Source: Nitrososphaerota archaeon (GTDB lineage Archaea > Thermoproteota > Nitrososphaeria > Conexivisphaerales > UBA164). Taken from it: a stretch of DNA of 64,000 nucleotides. The first letter of the stretch is position 1. Every line of letters starts with the position of its first letter. Location: contig JAFLXO010000004.1 of NCBI GenBank assembly GCA_029786595.1, positions 9,817 to 73,816 of the forward strand, written 5' to 3'. Under the pieces are notes generated by a model. The model made no database searches. It worked only from the letters and a program-made list of their open reading frames with translations, and had not been told where the DNA came from. Below are positions 34,890-44,692 of this stretch, piece by piece. The position numbers and the translations under genes were made by a program.

Positions 34890-35120
34890 TTACGAGTTAT
34901 CATTACTTCCAGTTACCTGCTGTGTATCCTTCCTGTTTGCCGCCATATAGTCTTCTGCATCAATTTCTACATACACAGACCCTTTATAACCGCACTTTTC
35001 GCAATAATAATATTCTGGGGTCATCCATCCGCTCATAGATGAAGTTTGGCCAAGCTTTCCCCCACATTTTGGACATACCTTAACGGTAGGCTCTAATGGG
35101 TCTTTCCAATGGAATTTCAT
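34890..35120 (-). CDS. Zinc-ribbon protein
   Basis: CPKCGGKL ... YYCEKCGY (two CxxC pairs). Its start overlaps the stop of the aSUI1 gene. Confidence 0.5.
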   Translation of the reverse strand: MKFHWKDPLEPTVKVCPKCGGKLGQTSSMSGWMTPEYYYCEKCGYKGSVYVEIDAEDYMAANRKDTQQVTGSNDNS

Positions 35121-35425
35121 TGCATTATAATACTGTCCTGCTTAAACCCCAGGCCTACAAGATACTCGGTTATCTTATCACGGTGATCTCCTTGTAACAT
35201 GATTTGACCATCCTTCACTGATCCACCGCACGCCAATTTTTTCTTCAATGTTTTAGTTATATCGTCAATATCCAGATGCTTTGAATCGCCTATCTCAAGC
35301 AATGTAATAGGCTTGTTAAATCTCCTCCTTTCTAGCCTCACTATTATCCTTGAACTCTCCCTATCAAGTTCGTCACATACGCACAGTTCCTTTGGAAGCC
35401 CGCACCTTTCACAAATTTCCCCCAT
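35117..35425 (-). CDS. sui1: Translation initiation factor aSUI1 (eIF1 homologue)
   Basis: N-terminal Cys knuckle CERCGLPKELCVCDE plus the SUI1 core IIVRLERRRFNKPITLL...LKKKLACGGSVKDGQIMLQGDHRDKI. Confidence 0.85.
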   Translation of the reverse strand: MGEICERCGLPKELCVCDELDRESSRIIVRLERRRFNKPITLLEIGDSKHLDIDDITKTLKKKLACGGSVKDGQIMLQGDHRDKITEYLVGLGFKQDSIIMQ

Positions 35426-35716
35426 TAAGTTCTCTACGAGGACTAGTTATGATGGTGTATTTAAATATATCCTAGTAAGCGATTGTTTCGCTAAAAGCAG
35501 TTAGAAATAGTCCCGAAAGGCTAATCCTGATCTGGCACCTTTAAGATACACTCTGCGTGGGCAAGAAGCTCTTTTGTAACAACTTGGTGATGCCCATTTA
35601 AAAGAACTCGTTCGTTCTATGTTTAGGTTCTAACGATTGTCGAGTCATGATCTGCTGAATGGCTATCATTGCGCCGAAAGGGTTAAAAGGCCGTTTAATT
35701 TCATTCCCTAAAGGCA

Positions 35717-36979
35717 TTGATACCGGTTTTCGAGTTTTTTTTGCTGGCCAGCCTGATAATATTTATTGGGTTCTTCGGCAACATATTTTTCAGGAAGACC
35801 GGGTTCCCCGAAGTCCTCTTTCTCATAGCGGTAGGGATAATAATAGGGCCGCTGTTCAAGATCATACCGACATCAATAGCTTACAGCATTTTACCCTATT
35901 TCAGCGACTTGACTTTAGCTATGATCCTCTTTAATATAGGAATTCAGCTAGATCTTCGAAGCCTGTTTCAGGAAGGTATCAGGGCCATAGGAAGGACTGT
36001 CTTATATGTTTCCATAAGTGTGATAGTCATATTTTTCATATTCAGTCATATATTTAACTGGGGAACCTATTCCTCGCTTCTGTTATCCGTGATCATTGGT
36101 GGGGAAACTACTACAGTGGTGGTGCCGGAGCTGGTACGAAGCCTGGCCGACAAAAGGCTCTTTACCAATCTCACCATCGAGTCGGTGCTAAATAGCGTCA
36201 TACTGATAGTTTTATTCTTCGTCTTCCTCAATGGCTTCCTGAACTCCACGCCGATCAGCCTTGCAGGAGCGACGGATCTCGTTGGGTCCTTTTTTTCTCA
36301 GTTCTCAATAGGGATAGTAGTTGGATTGATTGCCGCCATAGTGTGGGTAAAGTTCTTACAGTTGGTAGGCGTTGAAAACTATTTCTATATAGCTACAATA
36401 GGTTATGTGCTTCTGATATATGAGTTTGTGGAGCAGATAGGCGGAAGCGCCATACTCGCGGTGCTAACGATGGCGATAACCATGGTCAATCTCAGATTCA
36501 TAAGCGACCCGCTTTCAATATATCTGGATATACCGAAGAGCGCCAAACAATATATTATAGACTTTCAAGGGGAAATATCATTCTTCCTAAAGACCTTCTT
36601 CTTCCTTTTCTTGGGCATGGTACTATCCGTGTCCTCTTTTAGCAGCCCCTTAACATATTTACTGGCTGGCATAGTTATCGTGGTACTGGCCCTTTCTAGG
36701 TTAACGGCAATACAGCTGGTTAACAGGGATAAAAGTGCAGAAGATAGGAAGCTAATATTTTACATGATGGCGCAGGGTTTAACCCCAGCTGTGCTAGCTA
36801 CCACCCTGCTGCTCTATCCGGTCCCTCATAGGGAGGGAATAGTCCTCATTACTACACTTGTGATAATAATCACTAATATAATAACGACCATCGGATCCGT
36901 CAGGTTTAAGCAGGGATGGAACAATTTGAATATCAACTCCAAGAAAAATTTGAATAAGGCCGAATCTGATAATTCATAA
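35717..36979 (+). CDS. Cation:proton (Na+/H+) antiporter, CPA family
   Basis: About 11-12 predicted TM helices with the typical sodium/hydrogen exchanger N-terminus (FFRKTGFPEVLFLIAVGIIIGP). Confidence 0.75.
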   Translation: MIPVFEFFLLASLIIFIGFFGNIFFRKTGFPEVLFLIAVGIIIGPLFKIIPTSIAYSILPYFSDLTLAMILFNIGIQLDLRSLFQEGIRAIGRTVLYVSISVIVIFFIFSHIFNWGTYSSLLLSVIIGGETTTVVVPELVRSLADKRLFTNLTIESVLNSVILIVLFFVFLNGFLNSTPISLAGATDLVGSFFSQFSIGIVVGLIAAIVWVKFLQLVGVENYFYIATIGYVLLIYEFVEQIGGSAILAVLTMAITMVNLRFISDPLSIYLDIPKSAKQYIIDFQGEISFFLKTFFFLFLGMVLSVSSFSSPLTYLLAGIVIVVLALSRLTAIQLVNRDKSAEDRKLIFYMMAQGLTPAVLATTLLLYPVPHREGIVLITTLVIIITNIITTIGSVRFKQGWNNLNINSKKNLNKAESDNS

Positions 36980-37138
36980 ACTACAGAATCAAAAACCTCC
37001 TTTCCCACACATGATATTAAAACCTTATACCTAATTGAAACCTTATAAGCATAAACGAGCTCATTAATGTTGGCTGCTCATGGTCAAATCGTTCTCTGTT
37101 TATAGTCGGAATATAATCTGCCCTATGTCGGAAGAAGG

Positions 37139-37213
37139 CGGGCCCGGTGGGATTTGAACCCACGGCTTCCGGCTTCGCAGGCCAGCGCCCTATCCATCCT
37201 AGGCCACGGGCCC
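37139..37213 (-). tRNA. tRNA-Arg(GCG): tRNA-Arg (anticodon GCG)
   Basis: Reverse complement folds as GGGCCCG-TG-GCCT-AGGATGGATA-GGGC-G-CTGGC-CTGCGAA-GCCGG-AAGCC-GTGGG-TTCAAAT-CCCAC-CGGGCCC-G. It is 75 nt with no encoded CCA. Confidence 0.85.
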
Positions 37214-37720
37214 ATCCTTTAAATGGCGTTCAAAGCCATATTTAAATGGAATGCGAGGCAAAGCTTTGAGCAGCCGTGCTGGAGGGCTGGATGATTTAGA
37301 AACATCCAATAAGGAGGAAAGGTGGTCAGGCCCTAATGCCGTCATTAGAGGGGGTGGTGTTGCAACACTGCTAGGAGCGCCGGTCGCCCTAATTATCGCA
37401 TTATCACTTGTAATAAACATCCAACTGGCTTCTCCTATAGCTGGTCGGTTGAGTCTAATTTTACAAAAGGCAATGCCCTTTAAAGGGCATGCTAAAAAGG
37501 ACCGCTGCAATTCTGGTTAAAAACTACCGGAATTATGTCAAGAGTATATATTACCTGAAGGATCACCATAGTTATTGATCAAAATCCTTCTGCTCACAAA
37601 CCTAGTGAAAGGCTACCCATAGATCTCCTCTTTCGGCTTAAAAAATAAACAAGCGTAGCGGCCGCTGTTTAACGGCCATTATCGGGAAATATTTATAGGA
37701 ACAATAAGGGCTCGTCTTCA

Positions 37721-38563
37721 ATGGGGTCGTTTGATATATTGCATAAAATAATCGACACGCATATCCATCTGTCCGAACGAAAGGATGATATGTTGATCCC
37801 TTACGCCAGAATTAACGGTTTGGAGTATACCCTGGAAGAGTTATTGCGCCTTATGGAACAACAGGGAGTAGCCAAGGGGCTTCTGCTTAGCCCTCCCCTC
37901 CAGAGCGGTGTGCCTTTACCAAATGAAGAAGTTATTGATATTTGCAGCAAATCTGATCTGAAGCTCCTACCGATCTTGACAGCTGAGCCTGAAACCGGGG
38001 CAATAAGGGCGGCGATAAAGCTTGCACAAGAAAATCGGGAGAACATCAGGGGGTTCAAGATAAGGCTTGGATATGTTAACGCCTACGCGACGGACCCGAT
38101 CTTCGACAAGCTCTACGACTTCGCCGAGGTCGAGCACCTGCCTGTGCTCTTCCATACAGGTGACACGGCCACTAATAACGGAAGCCTGAGCCGTTCGCAT
38201 CCGCTCACGTTGGATGCCCTGGCTAATAAAAGAGAGGCATTAACCATCGTCCTGTGCCACTTTGGCAATCCGTGGTTTCAGGACGCCGCCGAGCTTATTT
38301 ACAAGCACCAAAACGTCTTCGTCGACATATCAGGCCTTATAACCGGAGGTGGTAGATATCCAGAGAAATATATGGGCTGGGTTACCGAAAGGATCAACGA
38401 AGCCATTTACTACGCCGGTGGAGCTGATAAGGTGATCTTCGGAACTGACTATCCGGTTAGCAGGTATCTAGATGTCCTTCAATTGGTAGAAAGATTGGAC
38501 ATAAGCGAGGAGGACAGGGAGAATATCCTATGGCGAAACGCGAGCGCGGTGTTCAGGCTTTGA
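37721..38563 (+). CDS. Metal-dependent TIM-barrel amidohydrolase (amidohydrolase-2-like)
   Basis: IDTHIHL near the N-terminus, LFHTGD, CHFGNPW and FGTDYP motifs. Confidence 0.7.
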   Translation: MGSFDILHKIIDTHIHLSERKDDMLIPYARINGLEYTLEELLRLMEQQGVAKGLLLSPPLQSGVPLPNEEVIDICSKSDLKLLPILTAEPETGAIRAAIKLAQENRENIRGFKIRLGYVNAYATDPIFDKLYDFAEVEHLPVLFHTGDTATNNGSLSRSHPLTLDALANKREALTIVLCHFGNPWFQDAAELIYKHQNVFVDISGLITGGGRYPEKYMGWVTERINEAIYYAGGADKVIFGTDYPVSRYLDVLQLVERLDISEEDRENILWRNASAVFRL

Positions 38564-39084
38564 TACAAGACAACGGCCTCTTGGTGGTTGACTATCCTCC
38601 CGAGAAGAGGAAGGCGCTAGAGGGGTTGCTCGAACAGAGCTTTGAAGGTTGGTATCTCAGACATTCAAAAAGGACTATCCGGAATATTGAAACTGTAAAG
38701 GCGGCCCTGAGGTCAGGAGCACCGGTGGGCTTGGCCATGCTTAAGAGGCTAGATGAGCACTATGGCTACGTCTTCTACATAGCGGTTGCGATGGATGAAC
38801 GGAAAAAGGGGGTGGGCGGAAGGCTTTTGGATGACGCGCTGGCCCATTTTGGGAGGCTTGGAATGATAGGCGTGTACGCGAGCGTGGAGGAGGACAACGA
38901 AGCTTCAAGGGAGCTGTTTCAGTCTAGGAAGTTCGTCCGCATCGGCTTCGGGGATGAATCAAGGAAGCATGGTTTAGTCAGAGCTTTAATGATGTATAGA
39001 ACCATGCGCGTCGTGCCAGGAGAGATTTTGCTGTACAGGGACCTTGCTAGTCATCCGCTTCACACCATGGGCTTCCGGTATTAA
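38530..39084 (+). CDS. GNAT-family N-acetyltransferase
   Basis: YIAVAMDERKKGVGGRLLDDAL is acetyl-CoA motif A (Q/RxxGxG/A). The start may be downstream of the annotated overlap. Confidence 0.7.
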   Translation: MAKRERGVQALIQDNGLLVVDYPPEKRKALEGLLEQSFEGWYLRHSKRTIRNIETVKAALRSGAPVGLAMLKRLDEHYGYVFYIAVAMDERKKGVGGRLLDDALAHFGRLGMIGVYASVEEDNEASRELFQSRKFVRIGFGDESRKHGLVRALMMYRTMRVVPGEILLYRDLASHPLHTMGFRY

Positions 39085-39262
39085 TGGTCAAGCTTAATCC
39101 AGAAGTTAATCCGCCGCCTTCAGGGCCCCATCTAAGATCGGATATTATCAAAAATCAATTATGGCTGAATGGAATTGTGTATAAGTGCCCGATCTGATTG
39201 ACTCTGATTCGCATAGTGTTAAGTGGGCGTGTCAGGATTTCAATTTTTATAAAAAATGGGGT

Positions 39263-39685
39263 TTAAATAACCCCGAGAAATCCGATTAGGTGGTCTAGAG
39301 ATATGGCTCCCGGGCCCAGCAGTACTAATGTTACCGACAACAAGAGATATAGCACATCCATTTCATAACTGGGTTTCTCTGTGGATATATAGGGGGATTT
39401 CATCTTCATCCTTTTCATTATTATATTCGACACCATGAATATGGCAAAGAATATAGCCACTATTTGTGTGAGAAGACCAAAAATGAGCGTTATTCCGCCG
39501 AAAAATTCGAGGATAGTTGCAAGCGCGGCGGTCCATGCGGGTATGCCCATGTTATTCATCCATTGTCCTGCCTGTTTTGCTCTATCCTTTAATTTCGGAT
39601 AACCGTGGAGCATAAACGTACCACCCAGTACCAGACGATATAGTAGGAGCCACACCGTTATGAGTATGCTGTAGTTCATATTCAC
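39263..39685 (-). CDS. DoxX-family membrane protein
   Basis: RLVLGGTFMLHGYPKL plus four TM segments. Confidence 0.7.
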   Translation of the reverse strand: MNMNYSILITVWLLLYRLVLGGTFMLHGYPKLKDRAKQAGQWMNNMGIPAWTAALATILEFFGGITLIFGLLTQIVAIFFAIFMVSNIIMKRMKMKSPYISTEKPSYEMDVLYLLLSVTLVLLGPGAISLDHLIGFLGVI

Positions 39686-39930
39686 CGTTCAATCCTATAA
39701 GTATACTATATAAACTTAGTAGTAATTTTGTACTTGCATTCAAAAAACCCTGAGACTTTGAGAAAACGGTAAAACTTCGACGTTTAGTAAAAAGATACAA
39801 CCGTCCCCAAATAGCGGCCGCCATTGAACAGAAGATGCACAAAAAAAAGTCCCCCGCTCGCTGAGCGGCGAAGCTGCGAAAAGGGAATAGCTGTGAAGGA
39901 GCGCTCACCGGTTTTAGTAATTAAAGGGTA

Positions 39931-40254
39931 TCATTTCCACTTGTTTATCCATTCCGCTACCTGTTTGATTATCAGTTTTAGATCATTTCCTTTTTCGGTT
40001 AGATAATATTCAACACGTGGGGGCGAATCGGCCGAGACTATCCTCTTTACTATTTCCTCCTTTTCTAGTTCCAATAATCGTTCGGATAGGCTCGTTGAAC
40101 ATATGCCGCCAATCCTTCTTTTGAGCTCATTGAATCTGGATGGTTTAATCATGTCCAGCGAATAAATCAGGGGGATGGTCCAGGTATGAATCATCTTATC
40201 CCATTCCAGTAACACACGGTCGCACTGATCATCATTTGAAACTCGATCGCTCAA
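39931..40254 (-). CDS. HxlR-family transcriptional regulator
   Basis: SRFNELKRRIGGICSTSLSERLLELEKEEIVKRIV...PPRVEYYLTEKG. Confidence 0.75.
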   Translation of the reverse strand: MSDRVSNDDQCDRVLLEWDKMIHTWTIPLIYSLDMIKPSRFNELKRRIGGICSTSLSERLLELEKEEIVKRIVSADSPPRVEYYLTEKGNDLKLIIKQVAEWINKWK

Positions 40255-40408
40255 GACAATTCAACAAAATGCTTTCCCTCTAATAAATTTTTATCGTGAA
40301 TTCAGGTCATTAAGCGGCATTCACGCAATGAGCTGTTATCGTGTTTCGACCCATTTTACCCTTAATCATGACCAATTACTGCCGGCGGGCTGCCGATCAT
40401 GCCATCTT

Positions 40409-41158
40409 CTAAAGAAGGTTTACGGCAAACCCTAAAATGAAGCCTATGAAGACTCCGGCATAGGCAATGCCTAGCATGGTTTTATCTGGGTCAATCAGCA
40501 GGTTCCCCAGCATGGGCAATATGACATAGAGCATAGTTCCAATTGCCAACCCAAAGAACACAAGGTCAAATACGGTGGAATTATAATAATACCCGAGCGC
40601 TCCTCCTATTATCGTGGGAAAACCCCCTAGGAACAGCGCTCCAGCCATAACTCCCATTCGCCCTTCCGTAGACCCCAGAAAGGGTGAGGCGATGGGAAAG
40701 CCTTCCGTAAAGTTCTGAAAAATAAACCCGATCAGTACAACCAATGCCATGCCGGTCAGCCCGATGGTCGAGTCAACAGAGCCAAATAGCAGGCCTTCAG
40801 TCAAATTTTGAAAAGCTATCCCGAGCGCGATTATCAATGCCAATTGAATCTGGGATAGCCGCCCCCTTCTCCGGTGGCCCACGGCAAACAGTATAAAAAA
40901 TCCAATTGTCGTTGAAACTCCGAATATAAGGTCGTAATAAGGCGAAGACCCATATCCATAGAGCGTCCCGTTATAGAGCACCTGTGCCGCATCCAGAAAG
41001 ACATCCGATATCAGGAAGATCAATATGCCTATAGCGATCGCATTTAGAAATTTTGTTTTCGTATTCGCCAAATTCTTTTTCATGATAATAGGCATTGAAA
41101 GGTAAATGGAAAGCCCCATTATCGCGGATAGAAGCAGCGTATCTGTGAAGCTAACCAA
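40409..41158 (-). CDS. ZIP-family (ZupT-like) divalent metal transporter, tentative
   Basis: Polytopic membrane protein with duplicated FQNLTEGL / FQNFTEGF motifs, resembling the HNxxEG motifs of ZIP transporters. Confidence 0.5.
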   Translation of the reverse strand: MVSFTDTLLLSAIMGLSIYLSMPIIMKKNLANTKTKFLNAIAIGILIFLISDVFLDAAQVLYNGTLYGYGSSPYYDLIFGVSTTIGFFILFAVGHRRRGRLSQIQLALIIALGIAFQNLTEGLLFGSVDSTIGLTGMALVVLIGFIFQNFTEGFPIASPFLGSTEGRMGVMAGALFLGGFPTIIGGALGYYYNSTVFDLVFFGLAIGTMLYVILPMLGNLLIDPDKTMLGIAYAGVFIGFILGFAVNLL

Positions 41159-41422
41159 TACATATCCGCACCAATGGCTGTTGAATTATAACACAGTTAT
41201 AAGCATTTATCATTTTCCGGTCAGAAGATGGTTTGAAATAATACAGTTCTTATAAATAAACACTACAGGTTATTACCATCAAGGCTTAAATCGCTAATTG
41301 GATTAGCAGGCCCTCTGCCGGAGTAAAGCCGGTTCATCCTTGGCTGGTAATCGTCTAATTATGTGCACTGTCAGGTGTATTATGTCGTGGTTAAAGGAAA
41401 AAAGGCAGGTCTAGTGCTGCCT

Positions 41423-42787
41423 TTAACCGCCTAGCTTAAGTACGTCAACCTGCTCCTTTACTCCCTTTAGCCTAGCCCAGTAGTCACCTACCATTCTTAG
41501 CACTTTCTGGTTCACCTGCTCGTAACTGACCTTTGTGGGCACCCTGTCCCTTAATACTAGTTCACCATTAACCACTACATCGCTGACGTCATCACCATCT
41601 ATTGAATTTACCAAGTGTCCGTAGACTGAGGAAACGGTGATCGGAGTTGGAAGCAACTGCGGTTTTATTATCACTATATCGGCCCGCTTCCCTACTTCCA
41701 GTGACCCAAGGTCCTTTTCAAGGTGATATGCCTTTGCCGCGTTTATCGTAGCCATCTCTAGGGCCTGCAGTATCGAGATCTTCCTAGGGTCGAGCATGTT
41801 TACCTTGTGAAGAAGGAAAACCCCCCTCAGGTTCTCGAATACATCAAATATATATCCATCATTTCCTAGGCTTACGTTTATACCTTCATCCAACATATGA
41901 GGCACGGCGGGCACCCCCACCGCGTTAAGCATGTTACTTAAGGGATTATGTGCCACATTAGTCCCTGTCTTCTTGATTATCTGTAACTCGTCCTCATTTA
42001 TGTTGACGGCATGCGCTACAACCGTCCTGTTCCCCAACGCCCCGAGGTCATGGAGCCTTTCAAATGTCCTCTTACCATATCTTTCCATGCTGTGATAGAG
42101 GTCCCATCTTCCTTCAGCCGTATGAATGGTTGTGGTCGCCTTCAGCGATCCAGCCTTTTCAATGGCATATTTGATCAATTCATCGCTTACGGTAAAGGGT
42201 GCGTGCAGACTTATCATGCCCATTATCCTATCACCATTCTCCTTCTTGATGAACCGCACATCTTCTTCGACCCCTCTATATCCCTCTTCATGGCTCCTTC
42301 TTTGCGTTGCTTCAAAGGCAAGTACCCCTCTGATTCCCACCTCGTCAACCCCCTTCTTGATATCGTCTAGGACTCCTTCTATTGCGTTCGGCCCAGAAAA
42401 GGTATCAGCGAATAGGGTGGTCCCGCTCCTCATAAGCTCCATGCTTGCCGTAAGGGCGCTTATGTATGCGTCCTGATGGTTCATGGCCTGGTCCATTGGC
42501 CACCATATACGCTGCAGGTTCTGGGTGAAGTCGGTCGGAGCTGGAAGGTTTAGATTAGCTCCCCTCAGGAGGATGCCGTAAAGGTGCGTATGGGAGCATA
42601 TGAAGCCGGGCGTGATGATTCCACCCTTGGCATCAATAACTTCGCTCGCTCCTTCGCCCCCTATATTTCTTTCATCCCCTACCTTAATTATCCTCTCACC
42701 CTCTACCAGCACTCCGCCCTTGAACACGGACCTCTCCTTATCCATGGTCACTACTATTCCGTTCTTAATCAGCAACGATTTGGCCAT
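41423..42787 (-). CDS. Amidohydrolase, nucleoside/nucleobase deaminase family (MTA/SAH or guanine deaminase / chlorohydrolase-like)
   Basis: ITPGFICSHTHL, ISLHAPFTVS, TTIHTAEG and VAHAV, with an Asp in GNDGY. Confidence 0.8.
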   Translation of the reverse strand: MAKSLLIKNGIVVTMDKERSVFKGGVLVEGERIIKVGDERNIGGEGASEVIDAKGGIITPGFICSHTHLYGILLRGANLNLPAPTDFTQNLQRIWWPMDQAMNHQDAYISALTASMELMRSGTTLFADTFSGPNAIEGVLDDIKKGVDEVGIRGVLAFEATQRRSHEEGYRGVEEDVRFIKKENGDRIMGMISLHAPFTVSDELIKYAIEKAGSLKATTTIHTAEGRWDLYHSMERYGKRTFERLHDLGALGNRTVVAHAVNINEDELQIIKKTGTNVAHNPLSNMLNAVGVPAVPHMLDEGINVSLGNDGYIFDVFENLRGVFLLHKVNMLDPRKISILQALEMATINAAKAYHLEKDLGSLEVGKRADIVIIKPQLLPTPITVSSVYGHLVNSIDGDDVSDVVVNGELVLRDRVPTKVSYEQVNQKVLRMVGDYWARLKGVKEQVDVLKLGG

Positions 42788-42819
42788 GGTGGAACTACTA
42801 AAGGTAGTATTTATTAAAT

Positions 42820-43395
42820 TTAATCACGATAAGCGGTCGTGGTCCCCTTCCATCTGCTGAACAATTCATTGGGAAGGTCCAATTCATCCATCATCCTTCC
42901 CACCATGAATTTTACTATGTCATCTATGGATTTTGGCCTGCTGTAGAACCCCGGAGACGCCGGCATAACTATAGCTCCAGCCTGTGCAACCCTGAGCATC
43001 GCCTCTATGTGGATGACGCTTAGCGGCGTTTCACGTATCAGAAGCAGTAACCTTTTCCTTTCTTTCAGCTGAACCATGGCCGCCCTTGTTATAAGGTTCG
43101 ACTCGTAAGCAGTTGCTATTGAAGATAGCGTTTTAACGCTGCAGGGGGCTATCACCATTGCGTCATACCGTGCGGAGCCGCTTGCCATAGGGGCGGTCAT
43201 ATCATCCTCGGTATAGTTGTAATCTGCAAGCCTTTGAAGCTGCTGGGGTTTGAGATTAGTTTCCTGCTTCATTGTGACCTTTGAGCCCTCGCTCAATATC
43301 AGACTGATCTCAACCTTCGCATCTCTAAGAGCTGAGAGGAGGCCGACACCGTACTGGATGCCGCTAGCCCCAGTTATTGCAACTATTGCTTTCAT
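42820..43395 (-). CDS. ubiX: Flavin prenyltransferase UbiX
   Basis: MKAIVAITGASGIQYG..., APCSVKTLSSIA, LLLLIRETPLS and VMPASPGFY. I chose the internal Met at 43395 rather than the track start at 43503, whose extension is unconserved and overlaps the divergent gene. Confidence 0.85.
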   Translation of the reverse strand: MKAIVAITGASGIQYGVGLLSALRDAKVEISLILSEGSKVTMKQETNLKPQQLQRLADYNYTEDDMTAPMASGSARYDAMVIAPCSVKTLSSIATAYESNLITRAAMVQLKERKRLLLLIRETPLSVIHIEAMLRVAQAGAIVMPASPGFYSRPKSIDDIVKFMVGRMMDELDLPNELFSRWKGTTTAYRD

Positions 43396-43480
43396 GCATA
43401 TTAATGACGACGTTAGGATATTAAGTTTTACTGACATAACTTCGTAAAAGCTTAATAATATAAAATCAGAGATGGTATAA

Positions 43481-44104
43481 ATGCGAAAGACAGCACTCGC
43501 CATTTTTATGATACTGGTGGTGGTTGCAGCGTCCCTTGGATACTACTATGTGTATATCTACGAACCAGGGAGCAGGCTGTACCAGAGCACGCTATTTTAC
43601 AAATATGTCGTTAACGACAGCTTCGACGGTAACCCGGTGAACTATACGGAGTTCGCTACCTATCAACTTCTGGGTGTCAATGGCGGTGTGATGCACATGT
43701 TGGCTGAGGAGGAGCTTGAAACCTATATGGCGGTGATAAATGCTACTACGGGCAGAATGGTGGGTGCGTACTACAACGGCCCGCCTTATTATAATCTTTC
43801 CTTCGGCTCAAACTTCTACGAGCCTATGGTCCTATTCGACAGGAATTTAAAGGTGGGTTCGCAGGTCCCTCTCCTGAATTATAACTTTACCACAGTATCG
43901 ACGACAGGCAGTACCGAAGTGCTATTATATCGTAATGATTCGACCAATTCCAGCGGCGCCTCCATTGATCAGCTATTCGTCTATACATATTCAAGGAGCA
44001 CAGGATATATGCTTAATGGAACAACCCTCTACACTTACTCTAGCCCAACGAGCCATTCCACGATCTACGTTCAGGTCTTACTAATTTCTGCAAGGAGTAA
44101 ATAG
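43481..44104 (+). CDS. Hypothetical N-terminally membrane-anchored protein
   Basis: N-terminal TM segment (LAIFMILVVVAASLGYYYVYIY), then Asn/Tyr-rich extracellular-looking sequence with several NxS/T sites. Confidence 0.45.
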   Translation: MRKTALAIFMILVVVAASLGYYYVYIYEPGSRLYQSTLFYKYVVNDSFDGNPVNYTEFATYQLLGVNGGVMHMLAEEELETYMAVINATTGRMVGAYYNGPPYYNLSFGSNFYEPMVLFDRNLKVGSQVPLLNYNFTTVSTTGSTEVLLYRNDSTNSSGASIDQLFVYTYSRSTGYMLNGTTLYTYSSPTSHSTIYVQVLLISARSK

Positions 44105-44169
44105 GAGGAAGACCTTTCATGGTAGTAGACAAGGGAATAATTAATTAAGAGGATGAAGTCAGGTAATAC

Positions 44170-44691
44170 ATGAATGTAATAGTGGGAAGCGATAACCCTG
44201 TTAAAATTAATGCTTGCACTGAGGCATTCAGAAAGGCGTTTAGGGGGCATACGGTGGATGTTATGGGAATTGGCGTAGAAAGTGGCGTGCCGGCCCAGCC
44301 TTCAAATGATGAAATGTTTGAAGGGGCTAGGAACAGGGCCGCTAGGGCAATGGCTCTAACAAGCGCTGATTATTCGGTAGGCATAGAAGGTGGGACCCTT
44401 ACGGCGGGTCGCCATTTATTCGTAACAGCTGTCATCTGCATACTGGACTCCAAGGGCAGGGAGGGATACGGGCTCAGCGGGGGGTTTCTGATCCCGCCTA
44501 GCGTTGCAGGGATGTTAAAGAGCATGGAGCTCGGGGATGCCGTGGATATTTTTTCCAATCAGCATGATACAAAAAGGAAAGGTGGAGCAGTAGGGCTATT
44601 CACCGGTGGTCTGATAGACAGAAAGGGCCTTTATGAGCACGGGATTACACTGGCCCTGGCCAGGTTTCTGTCCGCTGGTATATGGAATTAG
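44170..44691 (+). CDS. Inosine/xanthosine triphosphatase (YjjX/DUF84 NTPase)
   Basis: VGSDNPVKINA, GVESGVPAQP, SVGIEGG and a family-typical size of 173 aa. Confidence 0.7.
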   Translation: MNVIVGSDNPVKINACTEAFRKAFRGHTVDVMGIGVESGVPAQPSNDEMFEGARNRAARAMALTSADYSVGIEGGTLTAGRHLFVTAVICILDSKGREGYGLSGGFLIPPSVAGMLKSMELGDAVDIFSNQHDTKRKGGAVGLFTGGLIDRKGLYEHGITLALARFLSAGIWN

Positions 44692-44692
44692 T

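Noticed and set aside
35440-35560. C/D-box sRNA (atgatgg ... ctga) in the aSUI1 / antiporter intergenic region
   Set aside because: The box spacing of about 85 nt is too long. There are no clear internal D'/C' boxes or terminal stem, and the C box is imperfect.
37199-37520. ORFs 37199-37510 (-) and 37251-37520 (+) as genes
   Set aside because: They are mutually antisense, one overlaps the tRNA-Arg gene, and neither has a recognisable motif. I left them unannotated and noted the gap as a finding.
43396-43503. 36-aa N-terminal extension of UbiX from the track start
   Set aside because: The extension is unconserved-looking, hydrophobic junk that overlaps the divergent gene start at 43481. The canonical UbiX N-terminus MKAIVAITGASG begins at 43395.
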